A stretch of 24,000 bases of DNA, taken from Archaeoglobus veneficus SNP6. GTDB lineage: Archaea; Halobacteriota; Archaeoglobi; Archaeoglobales; Archaeoglobaceae. The stretch spans positions 766,612 to 790,611 of the forward strand of contig NC_015320.1 in the NCBI RefSeq assembly GCF_000194625.1, read 5' to 3'. Below are positions 1 through 7,120 of this stretch, in pieces. Each line of letters starts with the position of its first letter. Position 1 is the stretch's first letter. The notes below the pieces were generated by a model. It did not search any database. It was not told the origin of the DNA and worked only from the letters and a program-made list of their open reading frames with translations. The translations under genes and the position numbers were made by a program.

Positions 1-107
1 GGCTTTCCGAAACTCCACAGCCTTGCAGTATTTGCATTCGCTTCGACTGCCATCTCATCAATGAATCCTAGGATGTCTTGATCAATCTCAGCTTCATCCA
101 GGTTTTT
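1..107 (-). CDS. IS630-family transposase OrfB (start of DDE catalytic half; partial, continues off-window)
   Basis: The +1 frame relative to OrfA is open from 107 to the window edge. It reads KNLDEAEIDQDILGFIDEMAVEANANTARLWSFGK. The hydrophobic-(F)IDE segment followed by W..GK matches the first catalytic Asp region of IS630 transposases. Confidence 0.65.
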
Positions 108-579
108 TTAAAGTGTCCTCAGCGTTATCGGGCTTTCTGTAATCCTTCTGATAAGGTTTAGCGTATTTCATGCCAAAAGATCTGAGAATTCTCCTGACCT
201 GCCACGAAGAATACTTAACTCCAAACTCAGCTTCAATTAGCTCCTGAACTTCTTTCGTCGTCCACGAATCCCCTTCTTTTAGCATCTCTCTGAGTTTCTC
301 TTTCTGCTCCTTCGTGAGTTTTGCTGGCCTTCCTCCTCCAAATTCCGGAATTAAGCCTTCGTAGCCTTTTGAGTTCCACCTTTTTAGCCATGCGTAGCCT
401 GTTGCTTTGGTAATTCCTACGAGTTCGGCGGCTTCTTCAACGTTCATTCCTTTATAGAGGTATCTTATGAAGTAAAGTCTCTTAAGAACTCTCGTGTCTT
501 TTTCAAGCCTTTTGATTCTTCTATCGAGTTCTTCTGCTGGCAGATGCTTCACTACTTCGTAGACGCGTTTTCTACCCAT
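94..579 (-). CDS. IS630-family transposase OrfA (N-terminal HTH DNA-binding half)
   Basis: 161-aa ORF with two HTH-like segments (EEAAELVGITKATGYAWLKRW and WTTKEVQELIEAEFGVKYSSWQVRRILRSFG). This is the arrangement typical of IS630/Tc1 transposase N-termini. It ends at TGA just after an A7 run. Confidence 0.8.
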   Translation of the reverse strand: MGRKRVYEVVKHLPAEELDRRIKRLEKDTRVLKRLYFIRYLYKGMNVEEAAELVGITKATGYAWLKRWNSKGYEGLIPEFGGGRPAKLTKEQKEKLREMLKEGDSWTTKEVQELIEAEFGVKYSSWQVRRILRSFGMKYAKPYQKDYRKPDNAEDTLKKPG

Positions 580-772
580 GGTTTTGGTTGTTATTTTTAG
601 TATAAATAGTTTTGCTCAAGACCATAATCACAATAGCGTCCTCATTCACCCTCCATATATGTGCCCACTTCCCTGCATAGTTCTTTAGCTCAACTGGTAG
701 CCTCACAATAGCTAAGGTTGTGCTTGGGTTGGTTTTAGCTCTTCCTACCTTTGTTCTTCCAATGTATTTCAT
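572..772 (-). CDS. Small AbrB/SpoVT-like protein; its C-terminus possibly replaced by IS sequence
   Basis: 66-aa ORF. TTLAIVRLPVELKNYAGKWAHIWRVNEDAIVI resembles a swapped-hairpin AbrB/MazE-type DNA-binding segment. The last ~17 codons run into the IS630 5' region and overlap the transposase start. Confidence 0.25.
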   Translation of the reverse strand: MKYIGRTKVGRAKTNPSTTLAIVRLPVELKNYAGKWAHIWRVNEDAIVIMVLSKTIYTKNNNQNHG

Positions 773-851
773 AGTGATTACTTAGTGTCCATCATACTTA
801 GATCTTAATTTCTTAATTTTTCCCTCTTCGCCATCAATTGTAAATATAATC

Positions 852-858
852 AAAAAAA
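852..858 (-). terminator. Oligo-T (T7 on minus strand) candidate archaeal terminator after the lipoprotein gene
   Basis: A7 on the plus strand, which is T7 on the coding strand, 5-11 nt downstream of the stop at 863-865. Confidence 0.3.
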
Positions 859-862
859 TCAT

Positions 863-1672
863 TTAAGTATTACTAAACATTTTTACTTTCCCTGTAGCAA
901 TCACTCTTTCTTTACCATCCACTTCGTCAGCTATTTTTACCATCTTTGGTACTTCGTATGTTCCTACAAAAACACTAACAGTAATTTGTTTTTCCTCCCC
1001 CTCGTTTAGTAATACGTCAGCCCATCCTGCCAATTTCCAGTATCCGTCATCTTCAAGATATATGTCTCCTATCCACACAGGCGCGTTGCCATCATTTCTT
1101 ACTGTCATTATGATTTCAGTTATCCAATATTCGCCACCCGAAACGTACCCCTTTAGTTCCACATCTTCGATAGTAACTTCTGGTCTAAATTCATACGCTT
1201 CAGTTGCTAAATTTTTCGTCCATGTGGCTATTACGCCACTTTCGAATCTATATTTAATATCTAAAATTTTAGTTTCCTCTGGTATTTCAAATACTACGGC
1301 TCCCTCTCTTCTCTCACTTGGGTATATACTCCCGACTAAACCCTCACAGTATACTACATCGTATATTCTTCCAGTTTCATCAGTAACTCTAAAATCATTT
1401 TCTGATACCACAAACGTCTCTTTACCCACGTTACTTATCTCAAACCAAATAACTACCCAATTATATCCGTCTGATGCGTATATATTGCCCAAGCCCCCTG
1501 CCATTATATCTCCTACAAGTACTTCCAGTAGATGTGCGCTCTTACCGTCATATTCCGCTAAGTTTCCATAATAATTTAAACTTGGAGTCGTAGGAATAGG
1601 CGTAGAAGTAGTAGGTGTGGGAGTAGGTGTGACATCTTTTGATACTTCTTTTTCGGCGCACCCTGCCAACAC
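863..1672 (-). CDS. Surface lipoprotein-like protein with Thr/Pro linker and two beta-sandwich (DUF4352-like) regions
   Basis: The ORF begins (GTG) LAGC, a lipobox, followed by the TPTPTPTTSTPIPTTP linker. WFEISNVGKETFVVSENDFRVTDETGRIYD and IIMTVRNDGNAPVWIGDIYLEDDG look like Ig-like lipoprotein domains. The matching signal peptide MKTGLALVLI (ATG at 1704) is in a different frame (see findings). Confidence 0.65.
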   Translation of the reverse strand: MLAGCAEKEVSKDVTPTPTPTTSTPIPTTPSLNYYGNLAEYDGKSAHLLEVLVGDIMAGGLGNIYASDGYNWVVIWFEISNVGKETFVVSENDFRVTDETGRIYDVVYCEGLVGSIYPSERREGAVVFEIPEETKILDIKYRFESGVIATWTKNLATEAYEFRPEVTIEDVELKGYVSGGEYWITEIIMTVRNDGNAPVWIGDIYLEDDGYWKLAGWADVLLNEGEEKQITVSVFVGTYEVPKMVKIADEVDGKERVIATGKVKMFSNT

Positions 1673-1746
1673 AATATCAAAACTAAAGCCAATCCTGTCT
1701 TCATAACTCCATATATCGATTTTCTATGTTATAGTTTTTACGAAAC

Positions 1747-1993
1747 ATGCAACTCTAACATTTCATATCCCATTATCAGCAAAACCGAGCTTGCCGTTCC
1801 CAAAAAACTCTCCAGGCAACCTCTTCACGGCTATGCTCTCGCCAAAAAGCTCAATATCACAATTTCATCTATCTATGCTCATCTATCCGAACTTGAAAGT
1901 CAGGGCTTCATCATGCATAGGACCTCTAACCGTCGTAAAGTTTACTCTCTAACTGATAAAGGCAAAGCTCTCCTACAACTGTTATCTAAATAA
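1747..1993 (+). pseudogene. Small winged-helix (PadR/ArsR-like) regulator with no in-frame start codon
   Basis: The frame open over 1643-1993 encodes ...KKLSRQPLHGYALAKKLNITISSIYAHLSELESQGFIMHRTSNRRKVYSLTDKGKALLQLLSK*, which has a wHTH layout. It has no ATG/GTG/TTG before residue M in GFIMH. The nearby ATG at 1747 is out of frame and stops after 3 codons. Confidence 0.4.
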
Positions 1994-2069
1994 TTTTTCC
2001 AAAAACCTCCTTTATTAGGGTTTGATCTACTGAAAAACCCAGGCATATTGACGTCTTATTGAAACAGAC

Positions 2070-2075
2070 AAAAAA
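2070..2075 (-). terminator. Oligo-T candidate terminator after the HhH-GPD gene
   Basis: A6 on the plus strand (T6 on the coding strand), ~24-29 nt downstream of the stop at 2099-2101. Confidence 0.25.
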
Positions 2076-2098
2076 TGCGAACAAAGACCCAGATACCT

Positions 2099-2698
2099 TC
2101 AAGCACGAAAAGAACAGTACTCCCCAACAGGACAGCCCTCACATCTCTTCTTCTTGCAATATTCAAGATAAATCCTCACAAGCGCGGATTCATACTTCAC
2201 TGCATCAACTTTCAGCTTTTCAGCCATCGATAAAGCCATTTTTGACGGTTCTGGATTTGCTTTTTCCCATATTCCTCTCAGCTCTCTCAGAAAAATATTA
2301 ACGGCCGTTTTTCCAACACCCTTAAACTCCATGAGCCTTTTTTCCAGGTCTTTTGAATCCTTTGCCTCATCGTGCAGCCTTTCGAGGTCTCCGTACTTTT
2401 CCTTCAGGAGCTTTACAGTTTCGAGAATGTTCGAAGCTGTCGAGAAATCGTACCTTACATACCCGCAAACATCAAGCAATTCAACGAGTCTATCCCATCC
2501 GGCATTCAGTATCTTCTCCGGGGAGGTTAACCCATGCAGGAGAAAAAGTCTGATAGTCTTGTCTGCTATTCTGAACGAAATCGGCTTTGCAAAGAGGATT
2601 GATGCTATGAACCATCTGAATCTGTCCTCTGGATTTTTAAGATCCAATCCTAATTCTTCGGAGAAGCTGGGAATTCCCTCGAGTATTTCGTCGATCAT
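2099..2698 (-). CDS. HhH-GPD superfamily (endonuclease III-like) protein with C-terminal Cys4 cluster
   Basis: 199 aa. Helix-hairpin-helix-like LMEFKGVGKTAVNIFLREL. The C-terminal CKKKRCEGCPVGEYC (C-x4-C-x2-C-x5-C) resembles the Fe-S cluster loop of EndoIII/MutY-type glycosylases. No obvious catalytic Asp follows the HhH. Confidence 0.6.
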   Translation of the reverse strand: MIDEILEGIPSFSEELGLDLKNPEDRFRWFIASILFAKPISFRIADKTIRLFLLHGLTSPEKILNAGWDRLVELLDVCGYVRYDFSTASNILETVKLLKEKYGDLERLHDEAKDSKDLEKRLMEFKGVGKTAVNIFLRELRGIWEKANPEPSKMALSMAEKLKVDAVKYESALVRIYLEYCKKKRCEGCPVGEYCSFRA

Positions 2699-2728
2699 GG
2701 CGGTCTCCTGCTCCTCTCAATAATTTTC

Positions 2729-3433
2729 TCACCTGTGCCCTACAGGCATCACGTAGAGCGGTACGTACTCCTCAGGCACAGAAAGCACGTCTCTAACCTT
2801 ATCATCATAAAACGCTCCTATCGAAACTGTTCCCAGGCCCAAAGCCTCTGCCTGCAGATAGATGTTCTGTGCAGCGTGTCCAGCCTCCATGTGCACGTAT
2901 CTGATGCCCCTCTCTCCGTACTTCCTCGTTGTCCGCTCGTAGATTGCTGTGACTACTATACATAGCGCTCCCTCTTCTATCGCACTTTGACCGAGTGAAG
3001 CTTCACAGAGAACCCTTCTGTGATCTCCCTTTTTTACGAGCTTCAGGCGATGCGTCGAAGGAGAATACTGGTAAATTCCCGCATCGAGTTCTGAATTCCC
3101 TACAACCAGAAATATTTCCAGCGGGTACAAGGCACCGGCAGATGGAGCGGCCCTGAACCCATACGCCTCTTCAGTTATCCCCTGAGCAGCCCAGCAAAGC
3201 TGAGATATATCCTTTATACTTATGAGTTCACCACTGTACGATCTCCTCGAACGACGGATGTTTATTACTTCTTCAACCGAAATCTCACCAGTCTTTCTGG
3301 GTTCGGGGAGTTTGACAACTCCTTCAGATTCAATAACCATTTCAGCTTCCTCCCTTACTAATTTGAACACTGTGATACCAGAAATCGCTGCAAAAATAGC
3401 AGCAGCGACCTTCAGAAATCTTCTTCTGAGCAT
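2729..3433 (-). CDS. SagB/ThcOx-type nitroreductase-fold oxidoreductase with twin-arginine signal or anchor
   Basis: The N-terminus MLRRRFLKVAAAIFAAISGITVF has an RRxFLK Tat motif plus an h-region. RRSRRSY and APSAGALYPLE are nitroreductase/SagB signatures. I prefer the ATG at 3433 over the track's TTG at 3439. Confidence 0.75.
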   Translation of the reverse strand: MLRRRFLKVAAAIFAAISGITVFKLVREEAEMVIESEGVVKLPEPRKTGEISVEEVINIRRSRRSYSGELISIKDISQLCWAAQGITEEAYGFRAAPSAGALYPLEIFLVVGNSELDAGIYQYSPSTHRLKLVKKGDHRRVLCEASLGQSAIEEGALCIVVTAIYERTTRKYGERGIRYVHMEAGHAAQNIYLQAEALGLGTVSIGAFYDDKVRDVLSVPEEYVPLYVMPVGHR

Positions 3434-3523
3434 ACACAACTATTTCACTACATCTAAAATAGCTTTACGGTAAAAGACGATAGCAAAGTGTTGCCTCTTT
3501 AAATAATTCGTCATCCAAAACAC

Positions 3524-3538
3524 ATTTATATTTAAAAT
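3524..3538 (+). promoter_or_regulatory. TATA box for the beta-CASP gene (leaderless transcript likely)
   Basis: ATTTATATTTAAAAT is centred ~22-26 nt upstream of the ATG at 3552, and there is no SD sequence between them. Confidence 0.4.
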
Positions 3539-3551
3539 AACAAAAACAATC

Positions 3552-4901
3552 ATGCAACTCCACTTTTATGGAGCTGCGAGGAGTGTGACCGGCTCGTGCT
3601 TTATGCTTGAAGACGGGCAGCGCATTTTGATAGATGTGGGCATGTTTCAGGGCAGTGTTGAAAAGAGGAACTACAGGCGCTTTCCCTTCGACCCGTCGGA
3701 AATCGATGCCCTCATTCTCACTCACTCCCACCTCGATCATATAGGCTTGCTGCCAAAGCTCGTGAAGTACGGCTTCAACGGCGAAATATACGCGACAAGG
3801 GCAACGAGAGAAATAGCAGAACACATGCTCTATGATTCCGCGAAGGTTCAGGAGGAGGAAGCTCACACGCTAACGAGGAAAAACCTCAGAAAAGGTCTGC
3901 CTGTGGTTAAGCCGCTCTACACGACTGAAGACGTTAAAGAGTGCTTCAGGTTGAAGTGGAGGAATGTTGAGTACGGGAAGACTGTCAGCCTCGATAACAT
4001 GGCATTCACTTTCAGAAACGCAGGCCACGTTCTTGGCTCAGCGTTCGTTGAGATTGATGCGGGAAAGAAGTTCGTATTTTCCGGCGATTTGGGCGAGCGA
4101 GGCAGGCTGATAATCCGCGACCCAGAGTTTCCACCGAAGGCGAACTACCTCGTCGTTGAATCTACTTATGGGGACAGAAACCATAGAAGCGTTGAGGAGT
4201 CCATTGAAGAGTTAAAGCAGGCGATAATGGAGACCTTTGAGCGGGGTGGGAATGTTCTCATTCCGTCCTTCGCTCTTGAACGAACTCAGGAAATTCTTTA
4301 CGTGCTTCACGTATTTTACAGGAACGGCGAGCTTCCAGACTGCGAGGTCTTCCTCGACAGCCCCCTTGCCATAGATATAACCGAAGTCTTCCTGAACCAT
4401 CCTGAACTGTACAACGAGGAAACTTCGAGAGAAGCGAAGCACGGAAATCCCTTTTTCCTCCCGCACCTCAGGTTTACCAAGAGCGTCGAGGAATCGAGGG
4501 AGATAAACGAGGTCAGAAGTCATGCCATAATCATCGCGGGAAGCGGCATGTGCACAGGTGGGAGAATAAAACATCACCTAAAGCACAACCTCTGGAGGAG
4601 AGAGTGCAGCGTTGTATTCGTTGGATACCAGGTTAAAGGAACTCTCGGCAGGAAGATAGTTGATGGGGCGAAGAGGGTAAGAATATACGGTGAGGAAATC
4701 GCTGTTAAAGCGAAAATTTACACCATCAACGGCTTTTCCGCCCATGCTGGAAGGGACTACCTCGTTGAGTGGAGCAGCAAAAGTCAGCCTGAAAAAGTGT
4801 TTGTGGTTCATGGCGAATTTGAAAAGAGCCAGAAGCTGGCGAGGGGGCTGAAAGACTTTGAATGTGTAATTCCAGCCTGGAGACAGAGCTTTGCTGTTTA
4901 G
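3552..4901 (+). CDS. Beta-CASP family metallo-beta-lactamase-fold ribonuclease (aCPSF2/COG1236-like)
   Basis: 449 aa. The MBL motif THSHLDH follows the N-terminal FYGAARSVTGSC...LIDVG. Downstream ESTYG and a C-terminal H in GFSAHAG are typical beta-CASP motifs. Confidence 0.85.
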   Translation: MQLHFYGAARSVTGSCFMLEDGQRILIDVGMFQGSVEKRNYRRFPFDPSEIDALILTHSHLDHIGLLPKLVKYGFNGEIYATRATREIAEHMLYDSAKVQEEEAHTLTRKNLRKGLPVVKPLYTTEDVKECFRLKWRNVEYGKTVSLDNMAFTFRNAGHVLGSAFVEIDAGKKFVFSGDLGERGRLIIRDPEFPPKANYLVVESTYGDRNHRSVEESIEELKQAIMETFERGGNVLIPSFALERTQEILYVLHVFYRNGELPDCEVFLDSPLAIDITEVFLNHPELYNEETSREAKHGNPFFLPHLRFTKSVEESREINEVRSHAIIIAGSGMCTGGRIKHHLKHNLWRRECSVVFVGYQVKGTLGRKIVDGAKRVRIYGEEIAVKAKIYTINGFSAHAGRDYLVEWSSKSQPEKVFVVHGEFEKSQKLARGLKDFECVIPAWRQSFAV

Positions 4902-6319
4902 CGTTTTCCCATAGCTCTATACGCGATGACAACGGCAACTGCGAGCAGAGCGATTGACAGGAGGACGTAGAGTACGTCTTCGCTATCTTTTACATCTCTT
5001 CCGTTTCCTCCCCAGTCCTCTATGAACCGCTCGGCAAGCCAGTCGCCCGTTTCTTTGTCGTGTATTATCACCCCAACTTCTCTGTTAAGCTTTAATCCGT
5101 AGCGGTTGAAGTTTGCGGATGTAATCAGAATATCGTCGTCGGAAATAATGATTTTTCCATGCAATGGCACTGGAGAAAGCCTCGCATCGATTTTAAGATC
5201 CTCTGTCTCTGCAATTCTCTTCAGGAAATCTGTCGTCTTCTCATTATCCTCTCTGTTGTGTTCGGAGTCGAGAATCACTCTTACATCTGCACCGTTTCTC
5301 GCAGCTTTGAGTATTGCGTCGAGCAACGGCGTGCTATCGTCGAACCACCTGAAGTCCATGTACGGCACCTCTATGTACAGCCTGTGCCTCGCTTTGGATA
5401 TGAATTCGAAGATAGGATTGTAATCGGGAAGAACGAAAACCTCAATTCTGCCGCTGAACTCTTTAGATTTACCTATTCCTGCTGAATAGCTCCCTTTTAT
5501 ACTTCCGGCTCTACCGGGCTCTGAAGAGTAGATCATGTCGTGCTGGAGGACGTTCTTTAGCAGCTTGGCAGCTTTCTCACTTTCAAATTCGACAATATAG
5601 CCTCTTTTGTCCCACTTCCAGTTCTCCGTCGTAATCACCACTTTATTTCCATCAACTACTGCAAACTTGTAGTGGAAGTTTTTGTAGGATGGCGAAGATA
5701 GAAAATACGTTCTGTACTTCTTTGCAATCTCCAGTTCCTCAATAGGAATTCCCCCAACTGGACTTGCGTCAAGGAAGAGTGTAAGGTTGCCTTTTGCACT
5801 TCGCAGATCTGTGAAGGTATAGGATGCAAGCCAGATTTCGTACCCTTCGACGCAGTAGGCTGCCGGGGTTACGATTATCCTTCCGCTCACGAAGTCCACT
5901 GCAGGAGTAAAGGAAGTCCAGTCCTGATAACGGAAGTCCCAGCCAGAAGGGGTTTTGAAGTAAACGATGCCTTCGCCGGGCTTTTTATACGTGAATTCGT
6001 CAACTACTTTGCCATTCTCTCTCAACCAGATAGTCTCGCCCTCGTTTGAAAGGGCAAATCTGCCAGAGAATTCGAGGTCTGCTTTTTTTCCAAAAACAAT
6101 CTCGTAGGCTGTGGCGTTTTTCGCTACAACCACGATTCCAGTCAGGTTTATCTGGATTGAGCCTTCTCCGTCGTCAAGAGTGCAAAAGGACGTTGCGTTG
6201 AGAACAACGTACTCGACATCGTCGCTTCCATATGGGTTTGGACAAACTTCAACAATCTGTGATGCAGAAACGGGAACGATCGCAGCGATTACAAGGACGA
6301 GGGCGAAGATTACGAGCAT
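4898..6319 (-). CDS. Secreted, C-terminally anchored phospholipase D-superfamily protein with N-terminal lamin-tail-like domain
   Basis: Signal peptide MLVIFALVLVIAAIVPVSAS. LTD-like IVEVCPNPYGSDDVEYVVLNAT. Two HKD motifs (HYKFAVVDGNKVVITTENW and HGKIIISDDDILITSANF). C-terminal TM segment LYVLLSIALLAVAVVIAY. Confidence 0.75.
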   Translation of the reverse strand: MLVIFALVLVIAAIVPVSASQIVEVCPNPYGSDDVEYVVLNATSFCTLDDGEGSIQINLTGIVVVAKNATAYEIVFGKKADLEFSGRFALSNEGETIWLRENGKVVDEFTYKKPGEGIVYFKTPSGWDFRYQDWTSFTPAVDFVSGRIIVTPAAYCVEGYEIWLASYTFTDLRSAKGNLTLFLDASPVGGIPIEELEIAKKYRTYFLSSPSYKNFHYKFAVVDGNKVVITTENWKWDKRGYIVEFESEKAAKLLKNVLQHDMIYSSEPGRAGSIKGSYSAGIGKSKEFSGRIEVFVLPDYNPIFEFISKARHRLYIEVPYMDFRWFDDSTPLLDAILKAARNGADVRVILDSEHNREDNEKTTDFLKRIAETEDLKIDARLSPVPLHGKIIISDDDILITSANFNRYGLKLNREVGVIIHDKETGDWLAERFIEDWGGNGRDVKDSEDVLYVLLSIALLAVAVVIAYRAMGKR

Positions 6320-6364
6320 TATTATGTTTCTTGCTCTATGCCTTTAAATTTCTATTCATTTTCG

Positions 6365-6888
6365 TTAACTGACTTGATCATCTTTTGCAGGCTGGGTCTC
6401 ACAAAAGTCAGTTAGAGGCAGAAACATCTCGTAGTCGTAGCAGGAATCAACAATCCTGAAACCAACCTTTCTGAACACGTGGATTGCTCTCACGTTACTT
6501 CTTTCTGTTGTAAGGTATATTCCCCTGTATCCAGCCCTCCTGCAGTAGTCCACAATCAGCCTGAGCATTTGCTGTCCGATTCCTCTGTTCTGATAGTTGC
6601 GGTGAACAAATATGCAGAGTTCGGCAGTGTCTCTGCCGGATGGTATTACTGCAGCTTGTCCCACAATTTTTCTGCCACATTCTGCAACTATTGAAAAGCA
6701 GTTTTCGGTAATGTAATCTACCCACGCTTCTATGGCCTGCCTTGATACGGGTGGCAGGCCAAGGCAGGGTGAAAGTTACAGTACATCTCGATAAGGTTAT
6801 CTCTGTCAGAACTTCTGAAGGGTCTTATTATAATAACATCTCCAGACCTGTCCCGGAACGCTACCTCATCGAGGGTGAGTTTTGCCAT
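6365..6888 (-). pseudogene. GNAT-family N-acetyltransferase interrupted by a frameshift
   Basis: The C-terminal frame (open 6775 to 6365) carries the acetyl-CoA motif QNRGIGQQML. The N-terminal 52 codons (ATG 6888, MAKLTLDEVAFRDRSGDVIIIRPFRSSDRDNLIEMYCNFHPA...) are in another frame and stop at 6730-6732. The two frames overlap only over 6733-6775. Confidence 0.7.
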
Positions 6889-7084
6889 CAGTAAACATTT
6901 ACGCTGTTCTCATATATAATTCCTTCTAACAATAATTAATTGCTATAATTATTAATCGGGATGTTTACTGCCGTGCTACCTTCTGCCCCTCCACACAAGC
7001 CAGACAGCCAGACTGAGAAAGATTATACTGGCAGTAATGAGAACGTTTAGGCATCTTGAGGAGTTCAGAAGTGGTAGCGAATTG

Positions 7085-7116
7085 AAAAGTTAATTAAAAT
7101 AAAATCAAAATAAATT
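7085..7116 (-). terminator. T-rich tract downstream of fbp (candidate archaeal terminator)
   Basis: The coding-strand sequence after the TAG stop reads ...AATTTATTTTGATTTTATTTTAATTAACTTTT, with several T4 runs. Confidence 0.35.
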
Positions 7117-7120
7117 AGGA

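Larger units (their letters stand above)
1..640 (-). mobile_element. Partial IS630-family insertion sequence; runs off the 5' window edge and the inner boundary is approximate
   Basis: Contains OrfA (94-579) and the start of the DDE OrfB (1-107). A TATA-like CTATTTATAC (minus strand, 600-609) is centred ~25 nt upstream of the OrfA ATG, so the element end must lie beyond ~610. The terminal repeat and TA duplication cannot be set because the other end is off-window. Confidence 0.7.

Noticed and set aside
1062-1571. 169-aa plus-strand ORF antisense to the lipoprotein gene
   Set aside because: It is a shadow ORF opposite a gene with clear domain features. Its translation is low-complexity and Ser/Thr/Leu/Ile-rich, with no motifs and no start context.
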